Assembly (NCBI GenBank): GCA_024680055.1
Contig: JAILCP010000054.1
Span: 31,759-95,758 of the forward strand
Reading direction: 5' to 3'
DNA: 64,000 nucleotides
Origin: Lachnospiraceae bacterium
GTDB lineage: Bacteria; Bacillota; Clostridia; Lachnospirales; Lachnospiraceae
Below are positions 18,617 to 29,083 of the stretch, piece by piece. Under the pieces are notes generated by a model that saw only the letters and a list, made by a program, of their open reading frames with translations, made no database searches and was not told the origin of the DNA. Positions within the stretch are counted from its first letter, which is position 1. Every line of letters starts with the position of its first letter. Both the position numbers and the translations under genes were made by a program.

Positions 18617-19420
18617 ATGTTTAAGACAAGATTGATCAGTGGAATTGTATTGGTGATAATTGCCCTGGTTTTAATTATTACAGGTGGCGATGTGTTACTT
18701 TGCAGTATGGGTATTGTATCCTGTATTGGAATGTTTGAACTTTACAGAGTATTTAAAATCGAAAAAAATGCCCTGGGTTATGCGGGATATGTTGTTTTGG
18801 CAGTCTATTATCTGGATTTGAAATTCCATTTTATACCGGATATGATGATGCTGGTGATTGGTGCATTGATGCTGATTTTGGCAGTTTATGTATTTTCATT
18901 TCCAAAATATCATGCAAATCAAATGATGGCTGCGTTTCTTGGAGTGATTTATGTGGGAATGATGATTTCCTATGTCTATTTAACAAGAATGTTGCCAATG
19001 GGAAGCTTTTTTGTATGGCTGATCTTTTTATCCTCCTGGGGATGCGATACCTGTGCTTACTGTGCAGGAAGATTATTTGGTAAGCATAAAATGGCGCCGA
19101 TTCTCAGCCCGAAAAAAACGGTGGAAGGAGCCGTTGGTGGAGTGATCGGAAGCGTTCTTTTAACGCTGTTGTATGGATTGATTATGAAAAACTTTTTCGA
19201 AATCGATGAAAAAGTGTTATTGATTATGATGGTGGCCACATTTATCGGTTCTTTCATTTCTATGGTGGGAGATTTGGCCGCATCTGCAATTAAGAGAAAT
19301 TACGAAGTAAAGGATTATGGAACTTTGATTCCGGGTCATGGCGGTATTCTTGACCGCTTTGACAGTGTGTTCTTTACAGCACCGATTATTTATTACATTG
19401 CGGTGCATTTATTGAAGTAG
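18617..19420 (+). CDS. cdsA: Phosphatidate cytidylyltransferase
   Basis: Hydrophobic; DTCAY..G..FGKHK....LSPKKT.EG, KR....KD.G.LIPGHGGILDRFDS. Confidence 0.96.
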   Translation: MFKTRLISGIVLVIIALVLIITGGDVLLCSMGIVSCIGMFELYRVFKIEKNALGYAGYVVLAVYYLDLKFHFIPDMMMLVIGALMLILAVYVFSFPKYHANQMMAAFLGVIYVGMMISYVYLTRMLPMGSFFVWLIFLSSWGCDTCAYCAGRLFGKHKMAPILSPKKTVEGAVGGVIGSVLLTLLYGLIMKNFFEIDEKVLLIMMVATFIGSFISMVGDLAASAIKRNYEVKDYGTLIPGHGGILDRFDSVFFTAPIIYYIAVHLLK

Positions 19421-19428
19421 GAGACGAT

Positions 19429-20577
19429 ATGAAGAATATTGCGATTTTAGGATCCACAGGTTCCATAGGAACCCAGACCCTTGATATTGTTTCTCTGCAT
19501 GAAGAGTTTCATGTGGTGGCTCTGGCTGCCGGTAAGAACATTGAATTACTGGAGAAGCAGGTAAGAAAATATAAACCCATGCTGGTCAGTGTTTGGGAGG
19601 AAAAGGATGCGAAAAAGCTTTCTGAGAATCTGAGAGACCTGGACATTACCGTGGAATACGGTATGGAGGGCCTTTTAAAGGTGGCCACTATAAAAGAAAG
19701 CGATATTCTTGTAACTGCCATTGTGGGTATGCTGGGCATTCGTCCTACCATTGCAGCAATGGAGGCTGGAAAGGATATTGCTCTTGCTAACAAGGAGACG
19801 CTGGTAACTGCGGGTCATATTATTATGCCTTTGGCAAAGGAAAAAGGTGTTTCCATTTTGCCGGTGGATAGTGAACATTCTGCAATTTTCCAGTGTCTGG
19901 AAAAGCATACAGAGAATCCGGTAAAACATATTTGGTTAACCGCTTCCGGCGGTCCTTTTCGTGGAAGAACCAAAGAGCAGCTAAAAGATGTTACCATTGA
20001 AGATGCCTTAAATCATCCAAACTGGTCCATGGGTAAAAAGATTACCGTGGATTCTGCCACCATGGTGAACAAAGGTCTTGAGGTAATGGAGGCAAAATGG
20101 TTGTTTGGTGTGGATGTTGATCGGATTAAGGTATTGGTACATCCTCAGAGCGTGCTTCATTCTGCGGTGGAATATATGGACGGAGCGGTGATTGGTCAAA
20201 TGGGAACTCCGGATATGCATCTGCCTATTCAGTATGCCCTTTGTTATCCAAAAAGAGAGGCCCTTCCCTATGAAAGCCTTGACTTTTACACCTTAGGGCA
20301 AATGACCTTTGAAAAGCCGGATGAAGATACCTTTCGCGGATTGTATTTGGCAAAAGAAGCCTTGAAGAAAGGTGGAAATATGCCAACGGTCTTCAATGCG
20401 GCAAATGAAATGGCAGTGGCCATGTTTTTAAATCGTAAAATTAAATTTTTAGAAATTGTGGAAATTATAGAGAGTTGTATGCAGGAAGTCGGTTTTCAGC
20501 AGTGTCCTACCGTTGAGCAGATTTTAGAGACGCAAAAAGAAACCGAAGGATATATAGAAAGCAGGTGGAAACGTTGA
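19429..20577 (+). CDS. dxr: 1-deoxy-D-xylulose-5-phosphate reductoisomerase
   Basis: ILGSTGSIGTQTL, LANKETLV, PVDSEHSAIFQ, HPNWSMG.KITVDSA. Confidence 0.98.
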   Translation: MKNIAILGSTGSIGTQTLDIVSLHEEFHVVALAAGKNIELLEKQVRKYKPMLVSVWEEKDAKKLSENLRDLDITVEYGMEGLLKVATIKESDILVTAIVGMLGIRPTIAAMEAGKDIALANKETLVTAGHIIMPLAKEKGVSILPVDSEHSAIFQCLEKHTENPVKHIWLTASGGPFRGRTKEQLKDVTIEDALNHPNWSMGKKITVDSATMVNKGLEVMEAKWLFGVDVDRIKVLVHPQSVLHSAVEYMDGAVIGQMGTPDMHLPIQYALCYPKREALPYESLDFYTLGQMTFEKPDEDTFRGLYLAKEALKKGGNMPTVFNAANEMAVAMFLNRKIKFLEIVEIIESCMQEVGFQQCPTVEQILETQKETEGYIESRWKR

Positions 20578-21605
20578 GCATTGTAATTGCGATTATTATT
20601 TTCAGTATTATTATATTGTTCCATGAGCTGGGACATTTTCTTTTGGCAAAAGCCAACGGGATTCGTGTAAATGAATTTAGCCTCGGCCTTGGACCGACCT
20701 TAGTGGGTTTTACCAAGGGAGAAACCAAATACAGTATTAAATTATTGCCTTTTGGTGGTGCCTGTATGATGGAAGGGGAAGATAACGAAAGTGAAGATTC
20801 CCGTGCATTTAACAACAAATCTGTACTAGGCAGAATCAGTGTTGTGGCTGCCGGACCTATTTTTAATTTTATTATGGCCTTTACCTTTGCAGTGGTGGTA
20901 GTTGCCATCCTTGGCTTTGGAAAATGTGAAGTTGGAAGCGTGAAACCGGGATACAGTGCTGCAGAAGCAGGTATCCAGGAGGGCGATGAGATTATTCGTC
21001 TTGGAAATAAAAGGATTCATTTATTTAAGGAGCTTGCGTTTTATACCTACGTTCACCAGGATGAGGATATTGATGTAACTCTGCTTCGTGACGGAAAGGA
21101 AAAGACCGTTACTTTAAAGCCGACTTACGATAAAAAAGAAAAACGCTATGTTATCGGTATTACCGGTGCAGGTTATGAGAAGGGAAATGCTCTTCAGGTT
21201 TTAAAATATGGTTTTTATGACGTAAAATATTATATTGACACCACCCTAACCAGTTTGAAACTGTTGATCACCGGTGGAGTCAGTCTCAATGATTTGTCCG
21301 GCCCTGTAGGTATTGTATCCACTATTGGTGATGCCTATAATGATGCTAAGCCCGGCGGCGCATTGCTGGTATTTTTAAATTTGTCTGTAATGGTAATTCT
21401 TTTATCAGCAAACCTTGGAGTCATGAATTTACTCCCAATTCCGGCCCTTGACGGCGGGCGTCTGGTATTTTTAATTGTGGAAGCCATTCGAGGTAAAAAG
21501 ATGAATCCTGACAAAGAGGGTATGATTCATTTTGTGGGACTTCTTATATTACTTGCCTTAATGGTGGTTGTAATGTTTAACGATTTTCGAAAGTTTTTTG
21601 TGTAG
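20574..21605 (+). CDS. rseP: RIP metalloprotease RseP/RasP
   Basis: HELGH zinc motif, AAGP..NF, PDZ domain, NLLPIPALDGG; TTG start inferred from SD AGGTGG. Confidence 0.95.
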   Translation: MSIVIAIIIFSIIILFHELGHFLLAKANGIRVNEFSLGLGPTLVGFTKGETKYSIKLLPFGGACMMEGEDNESEDSRAFNNKSVLGRISVVAAGPIFNFIMAFTFAVVVVAILGFGKCEVGSVKPGYSAAEAGIQEGDEIIRLGNKRIHLFKELAFYTYVHQDEDIDVTLLRDGKEKTVTLKPTYDKKEKRYVIGITGAGYEKGNALQVLKYGFYDVKYYIDTTLTSLKLLITGGVSLNDLSGPVGIVSTIGDAYNDAKPGGALLVFLNLSVMVILLSANLGVMNLLPIPALDGGRLVFLIVEAIRGKKMNPDKEGMIHFVGLLILLALMVVVMFNDFRKFFV

Positions 21606-21624
21606 GTTGTAGATAGGTTGTAGA
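21603..21624 (+). repeat. Exact 11-bp tandem duplication TAGGTTGTAGA x2 between rseP and ispG
   Basis: tgTAGGTTGTAGA TAGGTTGTAGA tATG read directly from the sequence. Confidence 0.9.
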
Positions 21625-21625
21625 T

Positions 21626-22684
21626 ATGAAAAGAAGAGTCAGTAGAGAAATTGCCATTGGAAATGTAAAAATAGGTGGAAATCATTCCATTAAGATACAG
21701 TCCATGACAAATACAAAAACAGAAAATGTGGAAGCCACCGTGGCACAGATTTTGGCACTGGAAGAAGCCGGATGCGAAATTATCCGATGCGCAGTTCCAA
21801 ATGAAGAGGCTGCAGTAGCTTTAGAAGAAATAAAAAAGCAAATCCATATTCCGCTGGTGGCAGATATTCATTTTGACTATCGTCTTGCCATTATGGCTAT
21901 GGAGCATGGAGCAGACAAGATTCGAATCAATCCGGGAAATATTGGTGGAATTGAAAAGATCAAAGCGGTTGTAAAAGAGGCAAAGAAACGTAACATTCCA
22001 ATTCGTGTAGGTGTGAATTCCGGTTCACTGGAGGCGGATCTGGTAAAAAAATATAATGGCGTTACTGCAGAAGGAATTGTGGAAAGCGCCATGGACAAGA
22101 TTCATATCATTGAGAATCTTGGCTATGACAATCTTGTGGTAAGCATTAAAACTTCCAACGTATTAATGTGTTTAAAGGCCCATGAATTAATTGCGGATCA
22201 AATGGATTATCCCCTTCATGTGGGAATTACCGAGGCTGGAACCTTAACTGCAGGAAACATTAAATCTGCCGTGGGACTGGGATTGATTTTGCATGAAGGA
22301 ATCGGTGATACGGTTCGTGTTTCATTGACCGGAGATCCAATCAATGAAGTACTTAGTGCCAAACACATTTTAAAAGCATTGGATCTTCGTCACGGAGGAA
22401 TTGAAGTGGTTTCCTGTCCTACCTGTGGAAGAACCAATATTGATTTGATTTCCTTGGCCAACCGGGTGGAACAAATGGTATCCGGTTACGACCTGGATTT
22501 AAAGGTTGCGGTTATGGGTTGCGTGGTTAACGGTCCCGGAGAAGCAAAAGAAGCAGACCTTGGAATTGCCGGAGGTCTTGGTGTTGGAGTCCTGATTAAA
22601 AAGGGCGAAATCATCAAAAAAGTACCGGAAGATCAGCTTCTTGAAACATTAAAATATGAATTAGACCATTGGAGTGAAGATTAA
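21626..22684 (+). CDS. ispG: HMBPP synthase IspG (flavodoxin-dependent)
   Basis: VADIHFD, IRINPGNIG, RVGVNSGSL, SCPTCGRT, VAVMGCVVNGPGE. Confidence 0.98.
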   Translation: MKRRVSREIAIGNVKIGGNHSIKIQSMTNTKTENVEATVAQILALEEAGCEIIRCAVPNEEAAVALEEIKKQIHIPLVADIHFDYRLAIMAMEHGADKIRINPGNIGGIEKIKAVVKEAKKRNIPIRVGVNSGSLEADLVKKYNGVTAEGIVESAMDKIHIIENLGYDNLVVSIKTSNVLMCLKAHELIADQMDYPLHVGITEAGTLTAGNIKSAVGLGLILHEGIGDTVRVSLTGDPINEVLSAKHILKALDLRHGGIEVVSCPTCGRTNIDLISLANRVEQMVSGYDLDLKVAVMGCVVNGPGEAKEADLGIAGGLGVGVLIKKGEIIKKVPEDQLLETLKYELDHWSED

Positions 22685-25600
22685 ATGTCAAAAAAGCTCT
22701 TTGATGTATTTGATGAACTTAATATTGATCATGATTTATTAAATCTTTTGCAGAATGTAGAGGTGGAAAAGATTTCCACCAATTCTGCAAGAGATTTTTT
22801 GCGTATTTATATTCTTAGTCCCAGAATTATTTTTAAAAAGAATATTTACTTGCTGGAAGAGGAGTTAAAGAAGCAGATATTTAAAAACAAGGACTTGAAG
22901 GTGGTAATTAAGGAACGTTTTGCCCTTTCAAAGCAATACAATGCCAAGACCTTGTATGACGTTTATAAAGATAGCATGCTTTTGGAATTAAAACACAAGA
23001 ATAATCTGTTATTCAGCGTGATGGAAACTGCCCATGTGGATTTTGAAGAGAATAACAACATGAAGGTTTCTTTGAAAAATACCATTGTTTCCAAAGAATT
23101 AGAGCCTCAGCTGGTGGAGTATTTAGATAAGGTATTCTGTGAGCGTTGCGGTTTGGAGCTGATTGTGGACACGGATTATTATGAAAATGATACTTCCCGC
23201 CACGAAGAAGAGAATGAACTGAAAATCAAGCAGCGGGTGGAAATGATTTATGAGCAGTCCTCCCTTGGACATAGTGCGGAAACAACCGCAGAAAAAGGGG
23301 CGGAAGGAAGTGCTGTCGCTACCGAAGAAGGGAAAAAAGCGCTAAGAACGTCCAAAGGTAAAACGGACAAATCCGATGCCAAGAAAATTCGTCCGGTGGT
23401 ATTATCCAACAATCCGGATGTTTTGTACGGACGTGATTTTGACGACGAAGCCACCAACATTTCTGATATTGAAGGTGAAATCGGAGATGTGGCAGTGAGA
23501 GGAACCATTTTATCCTTTGATGCAAGAGAAATTCGAAATGAAAAAACCATCCTGATGTTTAATATCACGGATTTTACCGATACCATTTGTTTTAAAATGT
23601 TTGTGGCCAACGAGCAGGTGAAGGAAATCACCGATGGAGTGAAAAAAGGCGGCTTTTACAAGGTAAAAGGTGTGGTTATGACCGATAAATATGACCACGA
23701 ATTAACTTTGCAGAACGTCTACGGAATTAAATCCATTTCAGATTTTCGAACCAAACGTATGGACACGGCAGTGAAAAAGAGAGTGGAATTGCATTGCCAT
23801 ACCAAAATGAGCGATATGGACGGCGTATCCAATGCCAAGGATATTGTAAAAAGAGCAGTGGAATGGGGCCATAAAGCCATTGCCATTACGGACCACGGCA
23901 ATGTTCAGGCTTTCCCGGAGGCCTTTCATGCCATTCGGGATATGAAAGATGCAGAAACCAGAGTAATTTACGGCTGTGAAGGCTATCTGGTGGACGATAC
24001 CAAAGGTATGGTGGTGAATTCCAAGGGGCAGTCCTTAGATGATACTTATGTGGTATTTGACCTTGAAACCACAGGATTGAGTGCCATTACCGATACCATT
24101 ATTGAAATCGGTGCGGTAAAAGTGGTGAACGGTTCCATTGAGGATCGTTTTTCCACCTTTGTGAATCCGGGAAGGCCAATTCCTTTTAAAATCGAACAAC
24201 TTACCTCCATCAATGATGAAATGGTGATGGATGCCCCGGTGATTGAGGACATTCTGCCCAAATTCATGGAGTTTTGTAGCGGTGCCATTATGGTTGCCCA
24301 CAATGCAGAGTTTGACATGGGATTTATCAGTGCCGCCTGTGAACGCATGGAGATTCCATGCGATTTTACCGTGGTGGATACGGTGGAAATGTCAAGAACC
24401 TTAATTCCGACCATTGCAAAATACAAGCTGGATCAGGTGGCCAAAGCCTTAAAAATTGATTTGGGTCATCACCATCGGGCAGTGGACGATGCAGAGTGTA
24501 CCGCCCATATTTTTGTGAAATTGTGTGAACGCTTAAAAGACCAAAATTGCTTTGATCTTGACAGTGCCAATGAATTGGCTAAGGCATCGGATGAAACCAT
24601 TCGTAAGCTGCCACAGTTTCACGTGATTATACTGGCCAAAAACGAGACCGGAAGAATCAATCTTTACCGGTTGGTGTCCGAGTCCCATTTAAAGTATTTT
24701 CATCGTTTTCCAAAGATACCAAAAAGTCTCATTGAAAAATACAGGGAAGGCTTGATTATTGGATCTGCCTGTGAAGCGGGAGAGTTGTACCAGGCAATTA
24801 TACGAAACAAATCCGGAGCTCAGATTGCAAGAATCGTGGAATTTTATGATTATTTAGAGATTCAGCCTCTTGCCAACAACGAATTTATGATTCGAGGAGA
24901 GGACCCGCTGTTTGACTCCATTGACGATATTATGAACATCAATAAGAAAATTGTAAAACTGGGTGAATCCTTCCACAAACCGGTGGTGGCCACCTGCGAT
25001 GTGCATTATCTTGATCCGGAGGATGAAATTTACCGTCGTATTATTCTGGTGGGAAAAGGGTTTAAAGATGAAGATTCTGCCCTGTATCTTCGTACCACCG
25101 ATGAGATGCTAAAAGAATTTGAATACCTTGGACGGGAAAAGGCCTATGAAGTGGTGGTGGAAAATACCAATAGGATTGCAGATATGTGCGAATATATTGA
25201 ACCGGTGCGTCCGGATAAATGTCCCCCGGTAATTCCGGATTCGGATAAAACCCTTCGTACCATTTGTTATACCAAGGCCACATCCATGTACGGAGATCCC
25301 CTTCCGAAGGTGGTGGTGGACCGTTTGGAGAGAGAATTGACCTCCATTATCGGCAATGGTTTTGCGGTTATGTATATCATTGCTCAGAAGCTTGTATGGA
25401 AGTCCAACGAAGACGGATATTTGGTAGGTTCCAGAGGTTCCGTTGGTTCTTCCTTTGTGGCCACCATGGCAGGTATTACCGAGGTCAATCCTTTGCCGCC
25501 TCATTATTATTGCAAGGAATGTCATTACAGTGATTTTGAGTCGGAAGAGGTTAAAAAATACGCAGGAAGATCCGGCTGTGACCTTCCAAAGAAAAAATGC

Positions 25601-27106
25601 CCTAACTGCGGTGCAGAGCTGGTGCGTGACGGATTTGATATCCCTTTTGAAACCTTCCTTGGGTTTAAAGGAAACAAGGAGCCGGATATTGACTTGAACT
25701 TCTCCGGTGATTACCAGAGTAAGGCTCATAAGTATACCGAGGTTATTTTTGGTTACGGACAGACCTTCCGTGCCGGAACCATCGGAACTTTGGCGGATAA
25801 AACCGCTTTTGGCTATGTGAAAAATTATTACGAAGAGCGTGGCGTGCATAAGAGAACGGCGGAAATCGATCGTATTGTACAGGGCTGCGTAGGTGTTCGA
25901 CGTACCACCGGGCAGCATCCGGGTGGAATTATTGTATTGCCTGTGGGAGAGGAGATATACTCTTTTACCCCGGTGCAGCATCCGGCCAACGATATGACCA
26001 CCGACATTATCACCACTCATTTTGACTACCATTCCATTGACCATAACCTTTTGAAACTGGATATTCTTGGTCACGATGATCCTACCATGATTCGTATGTT
26101 GGAGGATTTAACCGGAATTGATGCAAAAGAGATTCCGTTGGATGACGAAAAGGTAATGTCCCTTTTTCAGAATACCTCGGCTTTAAATGTGACACCGGAA
26201 GATTTGGACGGTGTTCCTCTTGGATCTCTTGGTATTCCGGAATTCGGTACCGCCTTTGTTATACAGATGCTTTTGGATACCAAGCCTCAGTCCATTTCCG
26301 ATTTGATTCGAATTTCCGGACTGTCTCACGGTACCGACGTGTGGCTTGGAAATGCCCAGACCTTAATTGCTGAGGGTAAGGCAGACATTGCCCATGCCAT
26401 CTGTACCCGAGATGATATTATGATTTATCTCATCGGTAAGGGCGTGGAAAGTGAGCAGTCTTTTACCATTATGGAAGCAGTACGTAAGGGTAAGGGATTA
26501 AAACCGGAATGGGAAGAATTAATGAAGGAACACGGTGTTCCGGATTGGTATATCTGGTCCTGTAAAAAGATTAAATACATGTTCCCAAAGGCCCATGCGG
26601 CGGCTTACGTTATGATGGCCTGGCGAATTGCCTATTGTAAGGTGTATTATCCTTTGGCCTATTATGCAGCGTATTTTTCCATTCGTGCCAGCGCATTTAA
26701 TTACGAGTTAATGTGTCAGGGACCTGAGAAGCTTCGCTATTACAAAAAGCAGATTGAAAATCAGGAAACCAAGTCCAAAAAAGACGAGGATGTATTGAAG
26801 GATATGCAAAATGTTTTGGAAATGTATGCAAGGGGATTTGAATTTTTAAAAATCGATGTGTACAAGGCTCAGGCAAGACGTGTATCCATCATTGACGGCA
26901 AATTAATGCCCCCATTAAACTCAATTGATGGAATGGGGGACAATGCGGCTGATGCTGTGGTGGAAGCAGCCAAAGACGGAGAGTTCCTGTCCAAGGATGA
27001 CTTTAAGGCAAGAACCAAGGTATCTGCCTCCGTTGTGGATCTTATGGCAGATCTTGGAATTCTTGATTTACCGGAGAGCAATCAGCTTTCCTTATTTGAT
27101 TTTTAA
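22685..27106 (+). CDS. polC: DNA polymerase III PolC-type alpha subunit
   Basis: ELHCHTKMS.MDG PHP domain with inserted exonuclease (VFDLETTG), GSRGSVGSS, KEPDIDLNFSG, HPGGIIV, YMFPKAHAAAY, NQLSLFDF clamp motif; length leaves no room for an intein. Confidence 0.98.
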   Translation: MSKKLFDVFDELNIDHDLLNLLQNVEVEKISTNSARDFLRIYILSPRIIFKKNIYLLEEELKKQIFKNKDLKVVIKERFALSKQYNAKTLYDVYKDSMLLELKHKNNLLFSVMETAHVDFEENNNMKVSLKNTIVSKELEPQLVEYLDKVFCERCGLELIVDTDYYENDTSRHEEENELKIKQRVEMIYEQSSLGHSAETTAEKGAEGSAVATEEGKKALRTSKGKTDKSDAKKIRPVVLSNNPDVLYGRDFDDEATNISDIEGEIGDVAVRGTILSFDAREIRNEKTILMFNITDFTDTICFKMFVANEQVKEITDGVKKGGFYKVKGVVMTDKYDHELTLQNVYGIKSISDFRTKRMDTAVKKRVELHCHTKMSDMDGVSNAKDIVKRAVEWGHKAIAITDHGNVQAFPEAFHAIRDMKDAETRVIYGCEGYLVDDTKGMVVNSKGQSLDDTYVVFDLETTGLSAITDTIIEIGAVKVVNGSIEDRFSTFVNPGRPIPFKIEQLTSINDEMVMDAPVIEDILPKFMEFCSGAIMVAHNAEFDMGFISAACERMEIPCDFTVVDTVEMSRTLIPTIAKYKLDQVAKALKIDLGHHHRAVDDAECTAHIFVKLCERLKDQNCFDLDSANELAKASDETIRKLPQFHVIILAKNETGRINLYRLVSESHLKYFHRFPKIPKSLIEKYREGLIIGSACEAGELYQAIIRNKSGAQIARIVEFYDYLEIQPLANNEFMIRGEDPLFDSIDDIMNINKKIVKLGESFHKPVVATCDVHYLDPEDEIYRRIILVGKGFKDEDSALYLRTTDEMLKEFEYLGREKAYEVVVENTNRIADMCEYIEPVRPDKCPPVIPDSDKTLRTICYTKATSMYGDPLPKVVVDRLERELTSIIGNGFAVMYIIAQKLVWKSNEDGYLVGSRGSVGSSFVATMAGITEVNPLPPHYYCKECHYSDFESEEVKKYAGRSGCDLPKKKCPNCGAELVRDGFDIPFETFLGFKGNKEPDIDLNFSGDYQSKAHKYTEVIFGYGQTFRAGTIGTLADKTAFGYVKNYYEERGVHKRTAEIDRIVQGCVGVRRTTGQHPGGIIVLPVGEEIYSFTPVQHPANDMTTDIITTHFDYHSIDHNLLKLDILGHDDPTMIRMLEDLTGIDAKEIPLDDEKVMSLFQNTSALNVTPEDLDGVPLGSLGIPEFGTAFVIQMLLDTKPQSISDLIRISGLSHGTDVWLGNAQTLIAEGKADIAHAICTRDDIMIYLIGKGVESEQSFTIMEAVRKGKGLKPEWEELMKEHGVPDWYIWSCKKIKYMFPKAHAAAYVMMAWRIAYCKVYYPLAYYAAYFSIRASAFNYELMCQGPEKLRYYKKQIENQETKSKKDEDVLKDMQNVLEMYARGFEFLKIDVYKAQARRVSIIDGKLMPPLNSIDGMGDNAADAVVEAAKDGEFLSKDDFKARTKVSASVVDLMADLGILDLPESNQLSLFDF

Positions 27107-28125
27107 TTTTTGATCACCCCTGGATTAAATGTGGTTACATTTATTTTCCCGGTGGTTGGAGTACAGTAAAACGTTGATAAATCATCAAATCTTGAGAAGT
27201 ATACGTAGGAACTGGTAATGTTAATATTGGCATTATTTCCGGCGTATACTTCTTCGTATTCTGTACCGTCTGTTTTAATTCGGCAAAGGGCCGGATTCTT
27301 TTCATTCGATCTTTGATAGTAAATGGTACTTCCGTAAAGGTTAAAACAATCTACGCGGTCTGTGGTTACATAGGTCACTTCACCGGAATTCAGATTCTGT
27401 TTTGCCAAAGCATAGTTATTGGTTCCGTCCATATAATAAATATAACCTTCAGAAATAATCGGATTATAGTAATTCCCGTTGTTAACGGTGATTTCGGAAT
27501 TCTCTTTTGCATCAATTCGATGCAGGTTGTGGTCGGCTTTCACGCCGGCATAGTATAAAAAGTTCTGGTCGGATTCCACTGCGATAATCGGTTCATTTAC
27601 CACCTGCTCACATTCTTTGCCGTCGATTTTCACACGGTATAATGTGGAGGCCTCCTTCTTGTCGTAATGGGAGTAGTAAATGTAATCCCCAATCTGACAG
27701 GCATACAGACATGGGTCACTATCTAAAAATTCACGGTTCTTACCATTGTTATCCACCCGGCAAAGACAGTAATTCTGGATGTTTAAAAAGGAAAAATTGG
27801 TTTTCTTATCCGCGTTGTTTCTGGTGTAATAAATATAATGATCGTCTGCATTAATGTAGGCAACCCGGTCTTCCGATAATTTGGTGATATCCCCACCGGT
27901 TCTGGAGGTGGAGTATAGGGACATGCCGTCGTTCGGGTTGGCAAAATACACAACACCGTCCCGTTCGCAGAAAAATCCTCCGTTATAAAGATTTCCTCCG
28001 GAATTACCAACGTTATAGTCGGATGTATAATAAGTCTTGGAGCCTCGAATATGGAAAAAGATTCCCACACCCAAAAGAGTTACCAATAAAACTGAAATTG
28101 TTATTTTCATTACCAATGATTTCAT
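27103..28125 (-). CDS. Membrane-anchored beta-propeller protein (DUF5050-like)
   Basis: N-terminal hydrophobic anchor; GNS.GNLYNGG.FC, repeated YIYY/IYY..LYR(V/I)..DG blades. Confidence 0.75.
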   Translation of the reverse strand: MKSLVMKITISVLLVTLLGVGIFFHIRGSKTYYTSDYNVGNSGGNLYNGGFFCERDGVVYFANPNDGMSLYSTSRTGGDITKLSEDRVAYINADDHYIYYTRNNADKKTNFSFLNIQNYCLCRVDNNGKNREFLDSDPCLYACQIGDYIYYSHYDKKEASTLYRVKIDGKECEQVVNEPIIAVESDQNFLYYAGVKADHNLHRIDAKENSEITVNNGNYYNPIISEGYIYYMDGTNNYALAKQNLNSGEVTYVTTDRVDCFNLYGSTIYYQRSNEKNPALCRIKTDGTEYEEVYAGNNANINITSSYVYFSRFDDLSTFYCTPTTGKINVTTFNPGVIKN

Positions 28126-28148
28126 AATTCACCTGCTTTCTACAAATA

Positions 28149-29024
28149 TTATAGCAAAGTTTGTTCATGGGATTCCACTATTTTTTCATATATTTCAAAT
28201 GGTACGTAAAGGTTTCCACGGCCTTTTCCAAGGTGAAGATAGGGCTTGTTGGAACCGTGAAAATCCGAGCCTCCGCTGATAAGAAGGTGATATTCTTTTG
28301 CAAAGTGTTTCATCAGTTGTTCTTCATTATTATGGTAAGTGGAGTACACCGCTTCAATACCGTCAAGTCCCTCTGATTTTAGGTGAGAAATCAGGGTTTC
28401 CAATTCCTTTTCTTTTAACCTATAAAGAGGCGGATGGGCGATAAAAGCCATACCCCCTGCCTCATGAATCATTTGAATGGCTTTTTCACAGGAAACCTTT
28501 TTACGTTGTACAAAGCAGCAGCAATCATCCCCAAGATATTTATCAAAGGCATGCTTTATGGATTTTACCTGATTTGTGTCAAGAAGATATCTTGCAATGT
28601 TGGCTCTGGTAATTACAGCATTTTTGTTTTGCTCCAAAAGATCTTTATAGGTAATGGAAAATCCATGTTCCTGTAAAAGCGCCACCATTTCTTCGTTTCT
28701 ATGATTTCTCAAATGATGAAATTCATCAAGATAGGATAAAAGAGTGGTGTTGGTTTCATCCACAAAATAACCAAGCATATGTACCTCTTTATGAATGCCC
28801 TTTGTTTTGTTATAATAATCAGTGGAAATTTCAATTCCCGGGATAAAAGGGATTTGATTTTGACGGCAAAGTTCCCGCATAACAGGAATTCCCTCAAGAG
28901 TGTCATGATCGGTTAAGGACATGGCGCCAAGGGAGATGTCTTTGGCCAGTTGAACCAACTGCTGCGGGGTGCAAGTGCCGTCGGAATATGTTGAATGAAT
29001 ATGTAAATCGATACCGTTTTCCAT
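28149..29024 (-). CDS. PHP-domain phosphoesterase (TrpH/YciV-like)
   Basis: IDLHIHSTYSDG, LTDHD, PGIEIS, FIAHP, DGIEAVY, SGGSDFHG. Confidence 0.9.
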   Translation of the reverse strand: MENGIDLHIHSTYSDGTCTPQQLVQLAKDISLGAMSLTDHDTLEGIPVMRELCRQNQIPFIPGIEISTDYYNKTKGIHKEVHMLGYFVDETNTTLLSYLDEFHHLRNHRNEEMVALLQEHGFSITYKDLLEQNKNAVITRANIARYLLDTNQVKSIKHAFDKYLGDDCCCFVQRKKVSCEKAIQMIHEAGGMAFIAHPPLYRLKEKELETLISHLKSEGLDGIEAVYSTYHNNEEQLMKHFAKEYHLLISGGSDFHGSNKPYLHLGKGRGNLYVPFEIYEKIVESHEQTLL

Positions 29025-29083
29025 AATGAACCTCCTAGTTAAGAATATTGTATCTTTTAACGGAAAAAATGTAAATATTCAGG

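Noticed and set aside
24615-24630. parS-like AGTTTCACGTGATTAT in polC
   Set aside because: The right arm mismatches the TGTTTCACGTGAAACA consensus at several positions; explained by coding sequence
25109-26074. 321-aa minus-strand ORF
   Set aside because: Lies entirely antisense to the conserved polC core; no recognisable motifs; typical shadow ORF
22685-27106. Intein or other insertion in PolC
   Set aside because: Length and continuous domain order are ordinary; no intein splice or LAGLIDADG motifs seen
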